Shown: positions 58,642 through 64,000 of the stretch, in pieces | Position numbering within the stretch: position 1 is the stretch's first letter | Layout of the letters: every line of letters starts with the position of its first letter | Assembly (NCBI GenBank): GCA_022563395.1 | Contig: JADFNM010000001.1 | Location: 398,342 to 462,341, forward strand | Direction of reading: 5' to 3' | Length of the DNA: 64,000 bases | Source: Patescibacteria group bacterium | Lineage (GTDB): Bacteria; Patescibacteriota; Minisyncoccia; Minisyncoccales; UBA10102 | Made by a program: the position numbers and the translations under genes | Notes under the pieces: model-generated | What the model was told of the DNA's origin: nothing | Databases searched by the model: none | Seen by the model: only the letters and a program-made list of their open reading frames with translations

Positions 58642-58860
58642 CGCATATCGCCTTAATGAAATTAAGGATTCCTTAATTTCATTTAGGAACTATTCGAGTG
58701 TTTGAACTGGGGTCCCACTCCACAGCTTATTATAACCTTAGAGGACTGGAAATATATGTCTATTATGCGAGAAAAACTCCTGGAAATCAAAGCGTTGTGC
58801 CCAACCTAACTCCCCAGTCCAAAGCTTATTATACTTTTAGAAGATACAGAATATATGGCT
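58642..58860 (+). repeat. 219-bp direct repeat, left copy (AT palindromes + two promoter/RBS/micro-ORF units)
   Basis: It aligns without indels to 60042-60260 at a constant 1400-bp offset, and is roughly nine-tenths identical by eye. Confidence 0.9.
58756..58809 (+). CDS. micro-ORF L1, MSIMREKLLEIKALCPT
   Basis: Preceded by TATAAC..AGAGGA-N10-ATG. Compared with R1 there are 5 synonymous and 0 nonsynonymous differences across REKLLEIK. Confidence 0.45.
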   Translation: MSIMREKLLEIKALCPT

Positions 58861-58893
58861 GGTTTAAAGCAGAATTTATTGCAATTGACTTAA
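58855..58893 (+). CDS. micro-ORF L2, MAGLKQNLLQLT
   Basis: Same upstream unit (TATACT..AGAAGA..ATG). The body lies outside the repeat. Confidence 0.25.
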   Translation: MAGLKQNLLQLT

Positions 58894-58926
58894 CCTCGGA
58901 ATCCACCCTCCCATAGAAGACATAAA

Positions 58927-59955
58927 TTACGTAAAGAAATCACGCTTGGTTTCGTCTGAATTAAACCCCGAAAAACCACCTTCTTTGATAGAAAACATTT
59001 CCCCATGTGTCGATATGCTCTTTTTCACTTTTCTAACGACTTTCTCAGCGTTCTCTGCTGTATCTGCTACAACCAATGCCTTATACCCCATTTTGGGTAA
59101 ATTATTCTTTAAGATTTCCAGCAACAGTGGATCGCCAGCACTCCACCCGATAATCAGGACTCTATCTATGTTTGGAAGAACACGCTCAAGTGTTTGGATA
59201 TGACTTAACGGACATATATAATCATCTTTCTCGTTCAATGGAAGTGCAAGAGCAGGAAATTTAAGGAATTCTCGACTGCCAGTATTTTTACGAGCAAATT
59301 CTTGTTTATGGTAGGGCGCTATCTTTTCTTTCCGCAGATTCTCAAGAAGTCCGGGATTTTCAAGATACAACTGAAAATTGGTTTTTCGTTCTTCGCTACT
59401 AGATGCAAAACTATCCCTTGGTAAGGCATATATCCAATCATGAGAACCATGCAATTTAATCACTTTCAGATCACCCTCTACATAGTCTTTCATCGCTTGG
59501 GGTGGCCCGCCCGGAATATTGCGTTCAAATAACGTATCGTAGTTAAATGTCACTATACATGCCTTGCCGTCCGCATAAGTATCTATGCTATTAATAAGGT
59601 CTCTATAATTATTTATACTATGCATTCTTTTTTTTCTAGGAACACCAGCGTCAACTGAAATAGTCTCAAATAATACCTGTAGATAAAATTCTAATGCGGC
59701 AAAATGAGAACGCATCCGAGAGGAATGACTTGATTGTTTTTTTAACTCAGTTAGTACTTCTTCAAAGCTACGCTTCTTCCCCTTTACCTGTTGAATAACA
59801 CTAGAAAGCAAAGACCCAGCCCCAGGATACCTATCTAAAAGTTCAGGGTTAAGAAACTCATCATCAGTTAAATGTATGGTCAAAGGACCAACTTTCCCCA
59901 GAGGAGAGTAATCATATGATGCACCTGCACCGAAAATAATAAGTGGATACGCCAT
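58927..59955 (-). CDS. stand-alone SIR2-like (SIR2_2-type) domain protein, predicted NAD-consuming enzyme
   Basis: MAYPLIIFGAGASYDY, VTFNYDTLFE, VIKLHGSHDW and VLIIGWSAGDP. The start is trimmed to ATG 59955 because the longer track ORF reads through hairpin 59967-59998. Confidence 0.75.
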   Translation of the reverse strand: MAYPLIIFGAGASYDYSPLGKVGPLTIHLTDDEFLNPELLDRYPGAGSLLSSVIQQVKGKKRSFEEVLTELKKQSSHSSRMRSHFAALEFYLQVLFETISVDAGVPRKKRMHSINNYRDLINSIDTYADGKACIVTFNYDTLFERNIPGGPPQAMKDYVEGDLKVIKLHGSHDWIYALPRDSFASSSEERKTNFQLYLENPGLLENLRKEKIAPYHKQEFARKNTGSREFLKFPALALPLNEKDDYICPLSHIQTLERVLPNIDRVLIIGWSAGDPLLLEILKNNLPKMGYKALVVADTAENAEKVVRKVKKSISTHGEMFSIKEGGFSGFNSDETKRDFFT

Positions 59956-59966
59956 GTCAGATAGTC

Positions 59967-59998
59967 TACCAAAAAACCGCCTCAAAGGCGATTCTTTG
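59967..59998. repeat. conserved hairpin junction element, copy 1 (TACCAAAAAACCGCC-tcaaa-GGCGATTCTTTG)
   Basis: Its flanks are nearly identical to those at 61836-61867 and 62577-62607, and the loops differ. Confidence 0.8.
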
Positions 59999-60009
59999 AT
60001 TGAACATAT

Positions 60010-60026
60010 CCTAAATCTCGTTTAGG
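60010..60026. repeat. AT palindrome CCTAAATCTCGTTTAGG
   Basis: Same word as at 30581-30596 and 27797-27813. Confidence 0.85.
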
Positions 60027-60041
60027 AACTAATGATTCTGA

Positions 60042-60260
60042 CGCATATCGCCTAAATGAAATTAAGGAATCCTTAATTTCATTTAGGAACTATTCGAGTG
60101 TTTGAACTGGGGTCCCAGTCCAAAGCTTATTATAACTTTAGAGGACTGGAAATATATGGCTGGCATGAGAGAGAAACTCTTGGAGATTAAAGTGTTGTGC
60201 CCAAGATAGCTCCCCAGTCCAAGGCTTATTATACTTTTAGAGGATGCGGAGTATATGGCT
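60042..60260 (+). repeat. 219-bp direct repeat, right copy
   Basis: See 58642-58860. Confidence 0.9.
60156..60209 (+). CDS. micro-ORF R1, MAGMREKLLEIKVLCPR
   Basis: Same frame and length as L1. The stop is TAG versus TAA. Confidence 0.45.
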   Translation: MAGMREKLLEIKVLCPR

Positions 60261-60299
60261 AGTATCAGGGAAAAGCTTCAATATGTTGCTAGTTTTTAG
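60255..60299 (+). CDS. micro-ORF R2, MASIREKLQYVASF
   Basis: It shares M-x-x-[MI]-R-E-K-L with L1 and R1, and ends 81 nt before the methyltransferase ATG. Confidence 0.3.
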   Translation: MASIREKLQYVASF

Positions 60300-60380
60300 C
60301 CTTAGAACTTAAAGGAAAACAGGTATTCTGCTCAGAAGTATCCGCAAGAAAGCGAAATAGCAATATGCTACAATAAATCA

Positions 60381-61217
60381 ATGAATAAGAAGTTTGAAGA
60401 GATAAAAAAGAAAGTTGGGATTCCTTATTTTGAGGATGAAAACTTTTTACTGTTCAACCAAGATGCCATTGCATCCTTAGAAAAACTAACCTCTCGGATA
60501 TTTGATCTAACTGTAACAAGTCCTCCTTATAATATAGGTAAAGAGTATGAGAAGATTAGGGGGCTAAAAAACTATATAGCTTGGTCTCATCAATGGATAA
60601 AAGCTGTCTATGAATGTACTAAACCCCAGGGGTCTTTCTGGCTTAATCTTGGATACCTTGATATGAATAATAAGGCAAAAGCTATCCCCATTATATATCT
60701 TTTGTGGGAGCACATTCCTTTCTACTTAATTCAAGAAGTCATCTGGCACTATGAAGCAGGGGTTACTGCAAAAAAGTTCCTTGCTCCAAGGAATGAAAAA
60801 TTCCTCTGGTACGTAAAAGACGCCAGATCCTATACTTTCAATCTTGATAATATTAGAGATCCAAACGTTAAATATCCCAACCAAAAAAAGAATGGGAAAT
60901 TACGATGTAATCCGTTTGGAAAAAATCCTGGAGACGTTTGGGATTTTCCAAAAGTTACTTCTGGAGACAAGCGTAGTTCCAAAGAACGCACAAAACATCC
61001 TGCTCAATTCCCAATCGCAATTATAGACCGTATCCTTAAAGCATCTTCTAACAAAGGGGATTTTGTACTAGATCCCTTTATTGGTTCAGGTACTACCGCT
61101 GAATGTGCGTTAAGAAACGGACGAAAAGTGGTTGGTTTTGAAATAAAAAAAAGCTATTGCGATATCGCTATAGATAGATATAAGTCTGCAAAAGATAAGC
61201 TCAAAAAAACTATCTAG
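60381..61217 (+). CDS. DNA methyltransferase, beta-class N4-cytosine/N6-adenine (SPPY)
   Basis: DLTVTSPPYNIGKEY (motif IV) precedes FVLDPFIGSGTTAECA (motif I). Confidence 0.85.
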   Translation: MNKKFEEIKKKVGIPYFEDENFLLFNQDAIASLEKLTSRIFDLTVTSPPYNIGKEYEKIRGLKNYIAWSHQWIKAVYECTKPQGSFWLNLGYLDMNNKAKAIPIIYLLWEHIPFYLIQEVIWHYEAGVTAKKFLAPRNEKFLWYVKDARSYTFNLDNIRDPNVKYPNQKKNGKLRCNPFGKNPGDVWDFPKVTSGDKRSSKERTKHPAQFPIAIIDRILKASSNKGDFVLDPFIGSGTTAECALRNGRKVVGFEIKKSYCDIAIDRYKSAKDKLKKTI

Positions 61218-61792
61218 AGTAAGTTTAAAAGCTTAAACTTCATAGCTTCTACGCTGAGCCTAGATTGCTGCCCTGTAGGGGCTTTTTGTGCTATCCAATC
61301 AGAATGCTCAATCCATCCAAATCTTATCTTCGTTATTTGAGGTAACTCTTGCTGTACTTTCTTGTCAAAATTTATGACGAGATAATATCCTTCTTTGGAC
61401 TTTTGAGTACCTTCTGTTGCCTCTTGACCATAACTCCGGTTTCCATACACTCCACTATTACTTGAAGATGTCTTAATCTCAAAAGAATAATCATCATTAG
61501 AAAAATATACCATATCCTTTTCCTTTTTAGATTTTCCAATTCGCCAAGCACTAGGATCTTTTTTTTGCAAATTATAGGCAATAAGAATATGCAAAAAATT
61601 GCCTATCATCTGAGGAGTAAGATTAATGTCCTTCCCTATCTGAAGAACTCCTCCTATCTTGCTCTTAAAAATCTGCTCCCACGATTTAAGACAAACTTCA
61701 AGAATGCCTTCCTTATCTAAAGGATGCTCTTCAACTAATTTTTCAGTAATAGCTAACCAATCCTTTGGCTGTTTTTTAGTATATGGATTCAC
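61214..61792 (-). CDS. putative type II restriction endonuclease (PD-(D/E)XK-like)
   Basis: 192 aa, convergent with the MTase and overlapping it by 4 nt. It carries a candidate D..E-x-K motif (DDYSFEIKTS). No family name assigned. Confidence 0.5.
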   Translation of the reverse strand: MNPYTKKQPKDWLAITEKLVEEHPLDKEGILEVCLKSWEQIFKSKIGGVLQIGKDINLTPQMIGNFLHILIAYNLQKKDPSAWRIGKSKKEKDMVYFSNDDYSFEIKTSSSNSGVYGNRSYGQEATEGTQKSKEGYYLVINFDKKVQQELPQITKIRFGWIEHSDWIAQKAPTGQQSRLSVEAMKFKLLNLL

Positions 61793-61835
61793 TCAAACAC
61801 AATTATACTCTAATTCCTTCAACATGACTCAAGTA

Positions 61836-61867
61836 TACCAAAAAACCGCCTATATGGCGATTCTTTG
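61836..61867 (-). terminator. conserved hairpin junction element, copy 2 (terminator-like)
   Basis: The minus strand reads CAAAGAATCGCC-atata-GGCGGTTTTTTGGTA, 9 nt after the stop of ORF 61876-62061. Confidence 0.6.
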
Positions 61868-61875
61868 GTTTAAAA

Positions 61876-62061
61876 CTAACTTTTTAATTCTTCTAGCTCT
61901 AAATTGAAGTTGCAGTAAAATTTCTTGGAGCACTTATTGCATACAAAACACCTATCTGGCTCTGTAACCATTAAGATTCCGCCACATGCATAGTTTTCGT
62001 CTTCAGAATTTCCGCTACCAGGACACTGAGTAGCTCCGTATTTTTTAATCCACTCATCCAT
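61876..62061 (-). CDS. small zinc-ribbon protein (hypothetical)
   Basis: 61 aa with CPGSG..CGG..CFVCNKC (four Cys in two knuckles). Confidence 0.5.
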   Translation of the reverse strand: MDEWIKKYGATQCPGSGNSEDENYACGGILMVTEPDRCFVCNKCSKKFYCNFNLELEELKS

Positions 62062-62068
62062 AATAATT

Positions 62069-62566
62069 TTACTTACAAGTCCCGTGCGATACTAAGGTAT
62101 CCAAACCAAATCCAACTGTCTCAATATACTTGTTATCAAGTGATAACTTTATCGAAAAGGCTCTTGCCTCTATTGGTTCTAAAATAGTAAACAACCCGCT
62201 TTCATTGCTTACAACATTATAACTATCACACGGCTTATTGTCGCACCTGTATACTATACTATTGTTCTCGTCATATAAAATAAACACCGTTGGCTTTACT
62301 GGCTTGCAACCTGTCTCACTACATTGTTGCTTTGTCTCTGGCAAACATATTTTAGTATAAAGCGGTAGTTGATAAGAGAGAGCAGATACATCAATATCAA
62401 ATGTTAAACCACCTTTAACCCCACCTAAAAACTCATCAACTTCTTCGTTGACCCCTTCTTTTCCTGTTTGTGGCTGGCTCTGTTGTGATGTATACCAATA
62501 AAAACCAACTCCTAAAACTACCAAACCGATACCGATGATATATTTGTATTCCTTGAGTTTTTCCAT
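62069..62566 (-). CDS. membrane-anchored hypothetical protein
   Basis: 165 aa with TM IIGIGLVVLGVGFYWY and a Cys-containing ectodomain. Confidence 0.55.
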   Translation of the reverse strand: MEKLKEYKYIIGIGLVVLGVGFYWYTSQQSQPQTGKEGVNEEVDEFLGGVKGGLTFDIDVSALSYQLPLYTKICLPETKQQCSETGCKPVKPTVFILYDENNSIVYRCDNKPCDSYNVVSNESGLFTILEPIEARAFSIKLSLDNKYIETVGFGLDTLVSHGTCK

Positions 62567-62576
62567 ATCCCAATTC

Positions 62577-62607
62577 TACCAAAAAACCGCCTGTCTGGCA
62601 ATTCTTT
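62577..62607 (-). terminator. conserved hairpin junction element, copy 3
   Basis: The minus strand reads AAAGAATTGCC-agaca-GGCGGTTTTTTGGTA, 10 nt upstream of ATG 62566. Confidence 0.5.
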
Positions 62608-62719
62608 AAAAAGTATAATAAGGCCAATCACTTCCCCCTATGGGACACGTTTAGAACTTTAGATTGGAAACAAATTATACAGGAATTACTGAGTTAGAAT
62701 ATGACCATTACCTCAAAAT

Positions 62720-63274
62720 TCAGTTGATTATTTTTACTTGCCTTAACCTTGCCCCTTGCATATGAGGTATATCAAGTGATGCATTAAGATCTTCAACGTC
62801 TTCTTTTTTTAACGAGAAGCTGACTTTCTTACATATGTTACTATCTTCTCCCATCCCCTTATTAGACCATCCTGAGATACTGAAATCATATCTTCCCTCA
62901 ACCCATTTAAATGTATCTGATGAAATAAATTCTATACCCTGAAAGGCGCTACTTTTAGCTAATACAGCTATTGATGTTGGAAGCTGTTCAAGCTCACTGC
63001 TTACAGCTTTTAATCTATAGAAAACATTCCACACATACGTATACTGCTTATTACCAGGAATATCTAAAGTAGCCGCAAGTTTATTTACTACTAACAGTTT
63101 ATTCGTAGAATTAGTAAAATTAAAATTAATCTGTATTTTATTTCTCGCTGCATAAACTATCTGTAAACTATCACCGACAAAGATCTTAAGCTTCGCTGGT
63201 AAAATATAATCTTTCAGGAGAATAAATCCAGAGATAAGTAATGCGGCTAATGATATGATTATAGATATGTCCAT
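62720..63274 (-). CDS. membrane-anchored hypothetical protein
   Basis: 184 aa with N-terminal TM ISIIISLAALLISGFILL and a beta-rich remainder. Confidence 0.55.
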   Translation of the reverse strand: MDISIIISLAALLISGFILLKDYILPAKLKIFVGDSLQIVYAARNKIQINFNFTNSTNKLLVVNKLAATLDIPGNKQYTYVWNVFYRLKAVSSELEQLPTSIAVLAKSSAFQGIEFISSDTFKWVEGRYDFSISGWSNKGMGEDSNICKKVSFSLKKEDVEDLNASLDIPHMQGARLRQVKIIN

Positions 63275-63342
63275 TTGTATAGATAGAAGAGATTTTTACT
63301 GGTTAGCTCTATCTTAGACGGTGTTAAACGCATGTTTAACTA

Positions 63343-63984
63343 CTACGTAACTTTTATGGAATCGTGGGGAATCGCAATTAGACAATCTGAGTCGGGCATT
63401 GGGTTATTGTCTTTTACTACAGCAATATGTAAACGCCTCAACTCCTGCTCTGGAAATTGAACAAGGTATTGCTTACCAACTCGAGCATTCACAATCGTGT
63501 CCATAATAGGTTTCATTTCCCCCTCTTCAGTTTTTCCTTCAAAAGAAAAAACTATCGCTACCTGATCCTTTAATTCTGGGTGGTCAATAATAATATCCTC
63601 ATTTGAAGGTTTGATAGATTTTAAAGATTCTTGATTTCTTATTATAACAGTAAATAAATTCCTAGTAATAGGCATCTCGACAAGATAAAAACTCCGGTCT
63701 ATTGATCCATCTTTGATTTCTCTCTTAAGCTCTATTTTGTTATCCTTAAATTTAAAAGAAATCTCTATACTTTCCCCATCTTCAACTTTTTTCACAGTAT
63801 GTGGCTGTTCAAAATCTAATTTCTCTAGACCACCATAATGTTTTTTCCATGTCCTTACCGGACTTATTTTGTTTTTAAAGGAACACTTAAAACTATATCT
63901 TCCTTGGGAATCAATAAGATATAATAAATCGGCTAGATGCAAATTTTTATTTAAGATTATTCGTTTCTTAAAAAGTGGCTTCAT
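63343..63984 (-). CDS. hypothetical protein
   Basis: 213-aa ORF, AT-rich, with no recognisable motif. Confidence 0.5.
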   Translation of the reverse strand: MKPLFKKRIILNKNLHLADLLYLIDSQGRYSFKCSFKNKISPVRTWKKHYGGLEKLDFEQPHTVKKVEDGESIEISFKFKDNKIELKREIKDGSIDRSFYLVEMPITRNLFTVIIRNQESLKSIKPSNEDIIIDHPELKDQVAIVFSFEGKTEEGEMKPIMDTIVNARVGKQYLVQFPEQELRRLHIAVVKDNNPMPDSDCLIAIPHDSIKVT

Positions 63985-64000
63985 ACTCTTTAATTCCTAT

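Noticed and set aside
58698-58916. 72-aa ORF across the left 219-bp repeat.
   Set aside because: The equivalent frame is not open in the right repeat copy. The conserved frame is that of the 17-codon micro-ORFs.
59967-62607. Interpreting the conserved hairpins as integron attC sites.
   Set aside because: There is no intI gene and no GTTRRRY-type core sites. The cassette orientation is mixed (SIR2 and the MTase lie on different strands).

Overview
This 64-kb window is densely coded. By inference from gene content it comes from a small-genome bacterium resembling the Candidate Phyla Radiation (Patescibacteria/Parcubacteria-like). The evidence is a short IF-2 and ValRS, a secretin-less type IV pilus locus, tandem TrbC/VirB2-like mini-pilins, a lamin-tail-domain protein, and B12-dependent RNR with salvage-type genes only.

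Order of content:
- 1-10.1 kb: a cluster of four paralogous membrane-anchored Cys/His-rich proteins, interleaved with a polyprenyl-phosphate glycosylation pair (GT2-methyltransferase fusion plus GT-C) and a TPR protein.
- 10.8-21.6 kb: a complete type IV pilus locus (pilD, five pilins, pilC, pilT, a CheY-like receiver, pilB, pilO/N/M), ending in a 33-bp x5 tandem repeat.
- 22-32 kb: housekeeping genes (recG, a processive GT2, tsaD, valS, prsW, hsp20) with tRNAs.
- 32.2-35.6 kb: five tandem TrbC/VirB2-like mini-pilin genes and a collagen-repeat lipoprotein.
- 35.7-41 kb: gyrA, an MBL hydrolase, rpsA and an LTD protein.
- 41.2-44.3 kb: two visibly GC-rich genes with AGGAGG ribosome-binding sites flanking an ATP-grasp gene.
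- 44.4-58 kb: ftsH, an rluA-family gene, rplS, a NUDIX gene, a B12 module (DUF6580-like transporter candidate, PduO-type adenosyltransferase, nrdJ, nrdR), a 3D-domain protein, a polytopic membrane protein fused to a pilin head domain, rbfA, infB and tRNAs.
- 58-64 kb: an AT-rich accessory island with a minimal SIR2-like gene bracketed by 219-bp direct repeats that carry conserved micro-ORFs, a type II R-M pair, and four unknown genes.

I call 16 tRNAs by hand folding. No rRNA, CRISPR array, transposase or integrase was seen.

Recurrent themes are several families of short palindromic repeats, some inserted in-frame in tsaD, valS and hsp20. Two copies of a twin-hairpin element show compensatory changes. 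tRNA genes abut downstream start codons, and promoter geometry looks leaderless.

All coordinates, folds and identity estimates were derived by eye. No database search was run.
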